Positions 48,201 to 56,399 of a stretch of DNA of 64,000 nucleotides are shown here, piece after piece (the stretch's first letter is position 1; the number at the start of each line of letters is the position of its first letter). The notes under the pieces were generated by a model that did no database searches, was not told the DNA's origin, and saw only the letters and a program-made list of their open reading frames with translations. Source of the DNA: Gemmatimonadales bacterium (GTDB taxonomy: Bacteria; Gemmatimonadota; Glassbacteria; GWA2-58-10); contig JAJRTS010000085.1 in NCBI GenBank assembly GCA_024278175.1, positions 59,844 to 123,843 on the forward strand, read 5' to 3'. The translations under genes and the position numbers were made by a program.

Positions 48201-50033
48201 GCGTTCGTGTTCGGCACCGCTGAGCTGGATTCTTTCCGCGAGGGCGCGAAAACCCTGTTCGAGATGAGCAGGCTCTACCGCTTGGGGCCGGTCAATATGG
48301 ATGAAGCGGCCGCGATCCTAGCCCATCCCCTGCAAGGCCGCGCGGTGATCCACGCCAGGGCGCTGGAGATGCTGGCCACTCTTTCCGGCGGACAACCCTA
48401 CCTTCTGCAATGGCTGGGACGCGAGCTGGTGGAGGTGATCAACGCGGGGCAGAGCTCACTGGTTACGCTGGAACTGGCCGGACGCGCTGTGGCCAGGCTG
48501 GTGGCCGATCCCCCGCTGCCGCTGCTTGACAGCTGGGAGGAGCTGCCCCGGCGCGAAAAACTGGTGCTGGCCGCGATGTACAAAATCAGGGCGGAAGGCG
48601 ACGGCGGCTCGATGGCGGTGGGCGATATCCGCGCCGTGCTGGCCGGCCACGGAATCGAGATGCTGGCCGAGGAACTGGCCAAGGCCGCGGCCGACCTGTC
48701 GGAGCGCAATCTGGTAAAACTGGACACGCCCTCCGCCGCGCTGACCGCGCCCGATACCCTGCTCGGCCGCTGGATCGCCTCGGCCACCAGTATCCCGGCA
48801 ATCGCCGCGCGGCAGGAGTACGATATCGGCGAGGCGCTGCACCGCTTCTCCGACGAACTCAGCCGCTCGTTCCGTCTCGATGAGCTGGCCGGGCGGGTAC
48901 TGAGCTTTTTTGAATCGATTCTGCACCCGGAGTACTCCGCGTTTCTCACCGCGCGGCCCGCCGATAACGACGGGGAAGAACCGCTGTTAGTGCTCGAAAG
49001 CGTGGGTGGCAGCGGAACCGTCGCCAATCTGCCGGAAAAAATTCCGGCGGCCGCTCTGGAGCGCCTTTCGCTGATAGTGGAAAAAACAACGGAAAGCGCC
49101 GCGGAGACCTCCGGCTTCCCCGCCGGCTGCGTACTCGCTCCCCTGCTGGCCCGTGGCGAACCGGTGGGGCTGGTGGTGCTGGGACCCCGCCGCGACGGCG
49201 AGCGTTACAACAGCCGCGACAGGATGCTGCTGGAGACCTGCGCCGAGCAGACGGCGGTGGCGATGGAGAACTCGCGGCTCTACGAGGAAGAGACTGAAAA
49301 AGAGCGGCTCAAGCAGGAACTCGATACCGCGCGCCGGATGCAGATGGCGATCCTTCCCGAGCGCAAGCCGGATATTCCCGGACTGGACTTTTGCGCCTAT
49401 CTGTCGCCGGCCACCGAGGTCGGCGGGGACTACTACGACTACAAGCTGCTCGATTCGGGCCAACTGGTGTTCGTCATCGGCGATGTGAGCGGGCACGGGG
49501 TCAGCGCCGGGACATTGGTTACAATGTCCAAAAGCTGTATATTTAATCAACTGCGCACGAGCCACGCCGTGGAGCAGGTGATGAGCGCGATGAACGAGAT
49601 GGTTTACGGGGCGCTGGCCGAAAAGTTACTGATGACGCTCTGCTACGCCATTATCGACCCGGCCGCCGGCAAGCTGGTTTACTCGATAGCCGGCCACCCG
49701 TTCCCCTACCACGTGCACGCGGCCGACGGTACGCTGAGCGAGCTCGATATCAGCGCTTATCCGCTGGGGGTTACCCGTAAGGCCCGCTTCAGGACCGCCG
49801 AGGTAAATTTCGCCCCCGGTGATTCGTTCGTGTTTTTCTCCGACGGGATAGTGGAGGCCCAAAACCCGGAGAACGAGCAGTGGGGGTTCGAGCGATTCGA
49901 ACAGGTGGTGACCGGCAACGCAGGCCTGGACGCCGAGTCGCTCACCGGCAAGATTCTGAGCGAGTTTGACGACTTCCGCCGGGGCGTGCCCCAGGACGAT
50001 GACGTTACTTTAGTGACTATCAAGGTGCGATGA
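45237..50033 (+). CDS. membrane sensor: Reg_prop beta-propellers + Y_Y_Y-like domain + TM + STAND-like NTPase/wHTH + GAF + PP2C (SpoIIE/RsbU) phosphatase
   Basis: Signal peptide; repeated 'LP.N.V...D..G.LW..T..G'; 'FQWRLD...H.LEVRARD...DPTPA'; TM; 'NPF...FRGRD', 'GGERIGMTS', 'LIFDNAE', 'SGGQPYLLQ'; GAF 'AVAMENSRLY'; PP2C 'VGGDYYD', 'GDVSGHG', 'FSDGIVEA', 'DDVT'. Confidence 0.88.
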   Translation: MISTVRKIPPVLLIIFCTLCQSVSGQAGGVDRDSLLRENRLLREQLEHLQARREAFRWRRFPDGPLLRSGTVMQIAPGPGSRLAFATDSQGLVLFDGTWLEVYDSENSSLPDNFVTATALFGDKLWIGTAAGLAVLDADGSIHRPAPLPGELAGGTVSCLLAAGDSSLWVGTQGAGLWRFDGERWQQFTSPDTAAAGPGDINALAPSAPGDGVWAATAGEGIWRVTGGALKCFGQPLGPGSEEIYSVITDSDALVWIGAAGAGAGFWDGFGWQRAPLPVSGGAGVICIAELTGGDLFFGTTEGAWFYVRQGNSWEKLPLPEEIAAAPIVAAAGRNGRLWLAPSGSGVYFHDRGLATRFAAASDLPSESVYQINQSADGRIWFSTFGGVAIYDGRRWSRLDRRNGLPDNLVTFTLFGPGDTVAFATHRGAGILSGGRWKYLNRDLGLRSNTINHLALDSRDGLWLSTEGGGLTLSYKDSLLTYTTAEGLPANQVQAALPAVGDSVWVATKRGLALITGGMVLGPAADNATDEPGPPAVHYTALAMDSRGALWAASAGDGAWRRDAAGHWEKFGVENGLGSNEVYAVATHSDGRLFFGTRAGLSIFDGLSWRNLSGKDGLNPGAVRSVFVDSGGALWLSGDRNGVLRFDTGRLKLPETYLETPSGVLCALGPAGEPLRLARADSSGEGRLMLGNSRYAALAGPAGADTVRSNRINLSVHAVTPWWNTPRSDFTFQWRLDNDPWSSHLAGGHLTVFDLSRGSHVLEVRARDPYLRLDPTPASYSFYVDIPTLLGDWRFWAATFVLVGGALGLWQRRRLQWWLSIVRHRRFRPVTPNPFNPNAPQSEQERFRGRDELLERLAGLFDGKDHGSVIIHGGERIGMTSFLLQCRNLAGHTGAQTVYLDLAAEAFTGVDRLATRLAAKIAHDETAAEHGKNNPLDTLAALLETGTEPMVLIFDNAELLGRLLQRDSEQGKRLVALFRAAVLKDRAAAFVFGTAELDSFREGAKTLFEMSRLYRLGPVNMDEAAAILAHPLQGRAVIHARALEMLATLSGGQPYLLQWLGRELVEVINAGQSSLVTLELAGRAVARLVADPPLPLLDSWEELPRREKLVLAAMYKIRAEGDGGSMAVGDIRAVLAGHGIEMLAEELAKAAADLSERNLVKLDTPSAALTAPDTLLGRWIASATSIPAIAARQEYDIGEALHRFSDELSRSFRLDELAGRVLSFFESILHPEYSAFLTARPADNDGEEPLLVLESVGGSGTVANLPEKIPAAALERLSLIVEKTTESAAETSGFPAGCVLAPLLARGEPVGLVVLGPRRDGERYNSRDRMLLETCAEQTAVAMENSRLYEEETEKERLKQELDTARRMQMAILPERKPDIPGLDFCAYLSPATEVGGDYYDYKLLDSGQLVFVIGDVSGHGVSAGTLVTMSKSCIFNQLRTSHAVEQVMSAMNEMVYGALAEKLLMTLCYAIIDPAAGKLVYSIAGHPFPYHVHAADGTLSELDISAYPLGVTRKARFRTAEVNFAPGDSFVFFSDGIVEAQNPENEQWGFERFEQVVTGNAGLDAESLTGKILSEFDDFRRGVPQDDDVTLVTIKVR

Positions 50034-52147
50034 ACCAGCAAAAATCCATAGCCGCCCTTCCGGAGCTGGCCGCGGCACTCGAAGAGCTGGACGGGCTCTG
50101 CCGCTCGTTCGACCGCGTACCCGGAGCTCAGGCGGTTTTCCCGCAAGTACTGGAAACGGTTGGTCGGATCTGCGGCGGGGTGGAGTTGCAGGGCTACCTG
50201 TATGACAAGGCCAGGGCCGTGTTCGAACCATTCGGCGGCCCGGCGGAGCAGGGTCTCACTAGGCTGGCCATGCCAAACCATCTGTTTGAAATCCTCTCCG
50301 GGGCCAGGGGACGGATCGCGGACGAGCCATTCGAACTGGAAGCCCTGAGCCAGTCCCACCCGTGGTGGAATTTCCATGAGTGCAACAACGTGGCGATCAA
50401 GCGCAACCGGATCGTGGCCATTTACCCGCTGGTCTCCGCGCGCGAGGTGCTGGGCCTGATCGCCCTGGACGCGGGCGGACTGGAGCAGGTGAGCGAGGCC
50501 GGTTCGGTTAACCTGTTGAGACTGGCGGCCGCCCAGATCGCACTGGGACTGAGCCACCTGAGCCTGGTGTCCACAATCCGCCGGACCAGCTTCCAGAGCA
50601 GGCTCAAGGCCCTGGAGCTGGAAACGCTTCAGGATGTGGGCATGGCGTTCGCCGGCAGCCTGGACCTTAAGCAACTCACCGGCGACCTGCTGATGCGGGT
50701 GATCTCGATCCTGAATGTCAACCGCGCCGCCGTACTGCTCGACAACGCGCCGGGCCGCGACAATCTGGCAGGCGAATTCCGCCCGGAGGTGGTGGAAAGT
50801 TTCGGGCTGGAAGAGCTGGAGGAAACGTTGGTGGACTCGCTGGCAGGTTGCCCACAGGCCGCGGCCAACCTGCTGGAGAACTCTCCCACCGTGATCAATG
50901 ATCCCGCCCTGGCCGCGGAGCTGGGCTGCCGCAACCTGATGGTCGTGCCGATCCAGTACAAGGGGCAGTTGCTGGGCGCGATCCTGGTGGGCGACAAAGA
51001 AAGCCGCAGCGAGCCTGAGCCAACCTTCGGCGACGACGACCTTCGCCTGCTGAGCGCGATGGCGGGTCAGGCGGGCGCGGCTATTTCCAATGCGCGGCTC
51101 TACAGCGACGTGCTGCGGATGAAGAATTTCAACGAAAATATCCTGACCAGTATCGCCAGCGGGGTGATTACCACCGGCGGCGACAACCGGGTGGTGAGTT
51201 TCAACGACTCCGCCGCCCGCATATTCGGGATTTCTCCCACCCGTGCGGTGGGCATGAGCGTGGAGGCACTGTTCTCCCAACTGGAGCTGAGTGAGCTGGC
51301 CGGTAAGATTACCGCGATAAAAAAATCAGGCGAGCATTTCCAGGAGATGAACGTAACGGCTTCCGGCCCCGGCGGCGATGAACTTTCGCTCAACGTGAGC
51401 GTCACCCCGTTCAGCGGCGGGCAGGATCCCGGCGGCCTGGAAACCGACAGCGGGGCCGGACTGGTGATTTCGCTGGAAAACGTGAGCGAGGGGGCCAGAA
51501 TCAAGGACACGCTGCGGCGCTATGTGAGCGCCAACGTGGCCGACATGGTGCTCGCGGAAGGCCATCAGCTTGTGCTGGGCGGCAAGCTCAGCGAGGTCAC
51601 TGTGCTGTTTGCCGATATCCGCGGTTTCACCTCGCTCAGTGAACGTCGCTCACCCCAGGAAGTGGTCGAATTGCTGAACAGTTACTTTGACTTGATCATC
51701 GACGTGGTTTTCCGCTACAATGGTACAGTGGATAAAATTGTCGGCGATGAGATCATGGTCCTGTTCGGCGCTCCCTTCCCGCTGGAAGACGACACCGAGA
51801 GGGCAGTGCGTTGCGCCATGGAGATGCTTGCCGAGCTTGAAAAATACAACGCCGCGCGAACCGGCAGCGGACAGGATCCGCTTAAGATCGGGATCGGGCT
51901 TAATCGCGGCAACGTAATCAGTGGCAATATCGGCTCGGCCAAGCACATGGACTACACGGTGATCGGCGATGCGGTCAACCTGGCCAGCCGCCTGGTGGAC
52001 AACGCCGCTCCCGGACAGATTCTGCTCACCCGCAGCGTGGCCGGCCAGTTGGGAGAGGAATTCCCCTGCCGCCGGATCGGCGAGATCATGGTTAAGGGCA
52101 AGCGAAAACCTGTCGAAATCTTTGAAATAGCGAGTGAAGCGCAATGA
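50030..52147 (+). CDS. GAF-GAF-PAS class III adenylate cyclase
   Basis: 'LFADIRGFT', 'DKIVGDEIM', 'GNIGS...DYTVIGDAVNLASRL', 'VKGK'; PAS 'NILTSIASGVI...FNDSAARIFG'. Confidence 0.92.
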   Translation: MNQQKSIAALPELAAALEELDGLCRSFDRVPGAQAVFPQVLETVGRICGGVELQGYLYDKARAVFEPFGGPAEQGLTRLAMPNHLFEILSGARGRIADEPFELEALSQSHPWWNFHECNNVAIKRNRIVAIYPLVSAREVLGLIALDAGGLEQVSEAGSVNLLRLAAAQIALGLSHLSLVSTIRRTSFQSRLKALELETLQDVGMAFAGSLDLKQLTGDLLMRVISILNVNRAAVLLDNAPGRDNLAGEFRPEVVESFGLEELEETLVDSLAGCPQAAANLLENSPTVINDPALAAELGCRNLMVVPIQYKGQLLGAILVGDKESRSEPEPTFGDDDLRLLSAMAGQAGAAISNARLYSDVLRMKNFNENILTSIASGVITTGGDNRVVSFNDSAARIFGISPTRAVGMSVEALFSQLELSELAGKITAIKKSGEHFQEMNVTASGPGGDELSLNVSVTPFSGGQDPGGLETDSGAGLVISLENVSEGARIKDTLRRYVSANVADMVLAEGHQLVLGGKLSEVTVLFADIRGFTSLSERRSPQEVVELLNSYFDLIIDVVFRYNGTVDKIVGDEIMVLFGAPFPLEDDTERAVRCAMEMLAELEKYNAARTGSGQDPLKIGIGLNRGNVISGNIGSAKHMDYTVIGDAVNLASRLVDNAAPGQILLTRSVAGQLGEEFPCRRIGEIMVKGKRKPVEIFEIASEAQ

Positions 52148-52611
52148 GCCCGAACGACGCCGGAGAATACACGTTCGACCGGGTGGAGCACATGAGTATC
52201 CCCGCCGAGCCGAACCGGGAACTGGAGGTGGCCGAGCGGGCGTTCGAGCTGGCGCGCGGCGTGGGCCTTGGCGCCGACGAGGCCGACGAGGTGCGGCTGG
52301 CGGTGATCGAGGCGGTGATCAACGCGATCGAACACGGCCGCAACGAGCAGGGCCGGGTGCAGGTCTCTTTCTCCACCGGCAGCAGACCCGCCAGGCTGGC
52401 GGTAACCGTGGGCGACAGCGGCCGCGGGTTCGACCCCTCGCGGGTTGCTGCGCCCAACATTGCAGAGAAGATCGGTACAAATCAACGCAAAAGGGGCTGG
52501 GGACTTAAGTTGATGCGCAGCCTGATGGACGAGGTGATAGTCGACAGCAGCGCCAAAGGCACCCGGGTGACCCTGATCAAACAGGCTAAAGTACTGCCCG
52601 GCCTGGGGTAA
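52144..52611 (+). CDS. RsbW/SpoIIAB-like Ser kinase (anti-sigma family)
   Basis: 'AVIEAVINAIEHG', 'DSGRGFD', 'RGWGL.LMRSLMDEV'. Confidence 0.92.
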   Translation: MSPNDAGEYTFDRVEHMSIPAEPNRELEVAERAFELARGVGLGADEADEVRLAVIEAVINAIEHGRNEQGRVQVSFSTGSRPARLAVTVGDSGRGFDPSRVAAPNIAEKIGTNQRKRGWGLKLMRSLMDEVIVDSSAKGTRVTLIKQAKVLPGLG

Positions 52612-52690
52612 GATTTTTCCCATGACGATGGATAAGCAATTATTTACCATTGAGTTATTAATCCGCCCCCGGCCGCAGGGGCGGGAACGA

Positions 52691-52719
52691 TTGACATCTG
52701 GCTGAGGCCGCTCTACATT
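52691..52719 (+). promoter_or_regulatory. putative internal sigma-70 promoter upstream of the STAS gene
   Basis: TTGACA-17 nt-TACATT. Confidence 0.55.
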
Positions 52720-52828
52720 ATTTTCCATAGATTCCGGCCGCGCCGCCACGGGAATACTTAAGTCCAGCCGCACTGGACAGCTTCTCCCGGCGAGGCGTCC
52801 GCTTAACCGTCACCGACGGAGTGAAGCA

Positions 52829-53179
52829 ATGCCCGACAATTTCGAAGTAATCGTACAGCGGGAGGCCACCTACGCGATCCTTCGCACCGAAGGCTACATC
52901 AACAACACGGGCGGGGAAAAAATCGCCCGGGAATGCTACAAGATGCTCGACGACGGGATCGGGGTATTTATCCTCAACCTGGCCAAATCCCCGATTGTCA
53001 ACAGTGTCGGCATCGCCGTGCTGATCGAGTTGATCGAGCGGGTGCGGGAAGACGGCGACAAGGTGATCTTTTGCAACTGCACTCCTGTTATCGCGAAAAC
53101 TTTCAAAATCATGGGCCTGACCCAGTACGCCGAGTTATACGAAAATGAAAAAGAAGCTCTGGCAAATATCCGCTCGTAG
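52829..53179 (+). CDS. STAS domain anti-sigma antagonist (RsbV/SpoIIAA-like)
   Basis: 'ILNL...IVNSVGIAVL' with phospho-acceptor Ser, 'FKIMGL'. Confidence 0.9.
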   Translation: MPDNFEVIVQREATYAILRTEGYINNTGGEKIARECYKMLDDGIGVFILNLAKSPIVNSVGIAVLIELIERVREDGDKVIFCNCTPVIAKTFKIMGLTQYAELYENEKEALANIRS

Positions 53180-54311
53180 CCTGCTGGCCGCGCTGCTGAT
53201 GCTGACGGCGACAACTTCGCCGGTACGCGCCGTGTTCGACAGCAGCACGCTGGACGGGCGGCAGTACATCAATATCATCTTCATTCTCGACTGCTCTGCC
53301 AGCATGAACAAAATCATCGGCCCGGTGCGCAAGATTGACATCGCCAAGAGAACTGTCGATACGATCCTGAAGAACCTGGCGATCGAGAGCCACCAGGCCG
53401 GATCGATGGATACGGGTCTTCGCGTGTTCGGCTCCAAGTTCTACAAGTGGAAAAAAAACTGCGACGATACCACGCTGGAAATCCCGCTCGGTGATATCGA
53501 GGACACGATGACCCCAATCCTGCTGGCGGTCCAGGGAGTAACCGCCAAGGGCCAGAGCTCGCTGGCGCTGACCATGGACGCGTTGACAGGAGATTTTCCC
53601 GTTGCCGATGACCAGTGCAGTTTTATCATCGTTGTCTCGGACGGCGACGAATCCTGCGGCGGCAACCCCTGCATGGCGGTGGAGCAACTGGCCAGCGCAT
53701 CCCAGGGCATTTCCGTCAACACGCTGGGTGTTGAAACCGACCCCGCCGGTTATGACAACCTGAACTGCATGGCCGAGGCCGGTAACGGGCTCTATTTCGA
53801 CTCCAAGGACGTGGACGAGTTTATCCTGTTCCTCAAGGACTGTAACGAGAAAATCCAGCAAAACAGGCAGAAACTGGCCGACTCCGTGATTGATACGACA
53901 GTAATCACCCGGCGCGACATTACCGAAAGCATGACCGAGTACAAGGTCGAAAGCCCGGTCCCGCTCTATCCCGATCACGACGACAGGTTCGCTCCGGTGG
54001 ACACTCTTACTCCCGATGACAAGGTTTTCATGCTTTCCAGCCGCGGTTTGTGGATCGAGGTGTTTGCGCCGGATAAACAGATCCAGGGCTGGATTCTGGC
54101 AAAGCGGGGCGGCTCGGAGTATTCGGTTACCGTTACCGACGACAAAACCCCGCTTTACGTGGAAAAGAGCCCATCGAGCGAGGTTGTGACTTACCTGGAC
54201 GCGGGCACCCAGCTAACAGTCCTCAAACGCGAGGGGGCGTGGTACAATGTTATCGACACCAACACGAATGTCCGCGGCTGGGTGATCGCTTTCAACGTGG
54301 CCGAGAACTGA
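53145..54311 (+). CDS. secreted VWA domain protein with two C-terminal SH3b-like domains
   Basis: Signal peptide, MIDAS 'LDCSASM', 'VSDGDESC'; two repeats ending 'WIEV...QGWI' and 'WYNV...RGWV'. Confidence 0.85.
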   Translation: MKKKLWQISARSLLAALLMLTATTSPVRAVFDSSTLDGRQYINIIFILDCSASMNKIIGPVRKIDIAKRTVDTILKNLAIESHQAGSMDTGLRVFGSKFYKWKKNCDDTTLEIPLGDIEDTMTPILLAVQGVTAKGQSSLALTMDALTGDFPVADDQCSFIIVVSDGDESCGGNPCMAVEQLASASQGISVNTLGVETDPAGYDNLNCMAEAGNGLYFDSKDVDEFILFLKDCNEKIQQNRQKLADSVIDTTVITRRDITESMTEYKVESPVPLYPDHDDRFAPVDTLTPDDKVFMLSSRGLWIEVFAPDKQIQGWILAKRGGSEYSVTVTDDKTPLYVEKSPSSEVVTYLDAGTQLTVLKREGAWYNVIDTNTNVRGWVIAFNVAEN

Positions 54312-54358
54312 TCGGCCGCCATACCACGGCCGGACCACTTAACCAACGGCAGTTTAAC

Positions 54359-55339
54359 ATGGCCGGAGTACTGAAAAAATTCACCCGTGGTGAGGTGATA
54401 ATCGCCGAGGGTTCGGTAGGGACAAATGTCTATATCGTCCGCTCCGGCCGGGTGGAGGTTTTCAAAAACAGTTCCACCGGCGCGCTGCAACTGGCCACCC
54501 TGGGGGCCAACGAAGTGTTCGGCGAGATGAGCCAGATCGACGAGCGTTTCAGCCGCCGCACGGCCAGTGTGAGGGCTATCGAGGACTGCGAAATCATCAT
54601 TCTCGACCGCGAGGGTTTCGACAACTACCTCAAGGGTACCTCGGCCGGTATCTCCAACCTGATCAAGCGCCTCTCGAACCGCCTTCGCGAGACCAACGAT
54701 ATCATCTCCCACGCGGGCCTGGACCCGCGGAACCTGCCCAAAGCGATCAAGCTGACCAAAGCCGATAACGGCGAGGGCAGGCTTACAGACGACCAGTTGG
54801 CCGAGTCGGTGAACGCGGCCGTGGATCTTCAACTGCTGCCCAAAAAATTCAGCAAGGGACAGACGCTGATCCGTGAAAACGCCGAGGCGATGAGCCTGTT
54901 CATGCTGAAAAGCGGCACTGTGCGCGTGTTCAAAACGGTGGCCGGCGAAGAAGTGGAGATCGACGACCTGACGGTGAACGAGGTGTTCGGCGAGATCAGC
55001 GCGTTCGACGAGGGCGTGAGGTTTTTTACGGTCAAGGCGCTCGATGACGGCGAGGCGGTGGTATTCAGCAAGAGGCAGATGGACGAAATGTTGCGCAAGG
55101 CGCCCCTGGAGCTGTTCCTGATCCTGGACTGTGTCGTGATGAAGCTGAAACGCACTTCGCTCAGATACCTGGAATCGCTGGAAAAGGAAGTTATTCACAA
55201 GCGGGAAATTACCAGCAAGGACGAGGAAATCTCCCGGCTGAGCAGTGAAAAAGAGGAACTGGCCCGGCAGGTAAAGGAACTAACCGGCAAGGTTGAGCAA
55301 CTGAACGATCAAATCCGAAAACTTCAGCCGCAGCAGTAA
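54359..55339 (+). CDS. tandem cyclic-nucleotide-binding domain protein with C-terminal coiled coil
   Basis: 'VFGEMSQID....RRTASV' and 'VFGEISAFD...RFFTV'; heptad tail 'ISRLSSEKEELARQVKELTGKVEQLNDQI'. Confidence 0.88.
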   Translation: MAGVLKKFTRGEVIIAEGSVGTNVYIVRSGRVEVFKNSSTGALQLATLGANEVFGEMSQIDERFSRRTASVRAIEDCEIIILDREGFDNYLKGTSAGISNLIKRLSNRLRETNDIISHAGLDPRNLPKAIKLTKADNGEGRLTDDQLAESVNAAVDLQLLPKKFSKGQTLIRENAEAMSLFMLKSGTVRVFKTVAGEEVEIDDLTVNEVFGEISAFDEGVRFFTVKALDDGEAVVFSKRQMDEMLRKAPLELFLILDCVVMKLKRTSLRYLESLEKEVIHKREITSKDEEISRLSSEKEELARQVKELTGKVEQLNDQIRKLQPQQ

Positions 55340-55386
55340 GGCGGCATTTGATTCTACCTGCCACCATCCTCCCATAATATCTATCA

Positions 55387-56379
55387 ATGAATAAAAAAAA
55401 TTATCAGCCCCTTCGTCCCCCGGCCATTCGCCCGGGCGATACAATCGGTCTTGTTGCTCCGGCCAGCCCGCTGATCGATCTGCGCGACATCGGCCGGGCG
55501 CGCAAGGTACTCGCCTCGCTTGGATTTCAGGTGCTCGAGGGCGAGAACGTCCGCCGCCGCCACGGGTTCCTGGCCGGAAGCGACAGCCAGCGCGCCGACG
55601 ACATCCACCGCATGTTCTCCGACCGCTCGGTGCGGGCCGTGATGGCCCTGCGCGGGGGCTACGGCAGCGGACGGCTGCTGGAACTGCTGGACTGGGACCT
55701 GCTGCGCGCCAACCCCAAGGTGCTGCTCGGCCACAGCGACCTGACCGCCCTGCTCAACGCCGTGCACCAGCGCAGCGGGATGGTCACTTTCTGGGGCCCG
55801 ATGGCCGGTTACGACCTGGGCCGGTCGCTCACATCGTTTAAAATCCGGCACCTGCTCTCTGTTATCAGCGCAACCGCCGCAACGCAACGCTTGCCCTGCT
55901 CCGCGCCCTCGCCGCGCAGAAAGCTGCGGGTAATTTGCCCCGGAGTGGCCGAGGGCCGCCTGGTGGGAGGCAACCTGAGCATAATCGCCAGCCTGATCGG
56001 CACGCCTTACGAGCTCCGGACCGCGGACCGCCTGTTTTTTTTCGAGGACGTGGACGAGGAGCCCTACAAAATAGACCGGATGCTCAACCAACTCGCTCTG
56101 GCCGGAAAACTGCGGGAGGTGGCCGGGATCATTGTCGGCAGGTGTGTGGACTGCAAGCGCGGCGGCAGGATGAAACGCTCGTTCGCCCTGGCCGAAGTGT
56201 TCGAGCACTGGCTCTCCCCGCTGGGAGTTCCGGTGATCTACGGCCTGCCAATCGGCCACGAGACAGAAAAACTGACCCTGCCGATCGGGGTCAAGGCCCG
56301 TCTGGAAGCCGGCAGCAGCCCGGCCGTAACCCTGCTGGAGCCCGCGGTGGAAGAACCGGATACCGGTTTCGTTGCATAA
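55387..56379 (+). CDS. ldcA: LD-carboxypeptidase (peptidase S66)
   Basis: 'RGGYG', Ser 'GHSDLT', 'GGNL', Glu 'FEDVDE', His 'GHE'. Confidence 0.9.
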   Translation: MNKKNYQPLRPPAIRPGDTIGLVAPASPLIDLRDIGRARKVLASLGFQVLEGENVRRRHGFLAGSDSQRADDIHRMFSDRSVRAVMALRGGYGSGRLLELLDWDLLRANPKVLLGHSDLTALLNAVHQRSGMVTFWGPMAGYDLGRSLTSFKIRHLLSVISATAATQRLPCSAPSPRRKLRVICPGVAEGRLVGGNLSIIASLIGTPYELRTADRLFFFEDVDEEPYKIDRMLNQLALAGKLREVAGIIVGRCVDCKRGGRMKRSFALAEVFEHWLSPLGVPVIYGLPIGHETEKLTLPIGVKARLEAGSSPAVTLLEPAVEEPDTGFVA

Positions 56380-56399
56380 TCGGGTACAGCGGTGAGAAA

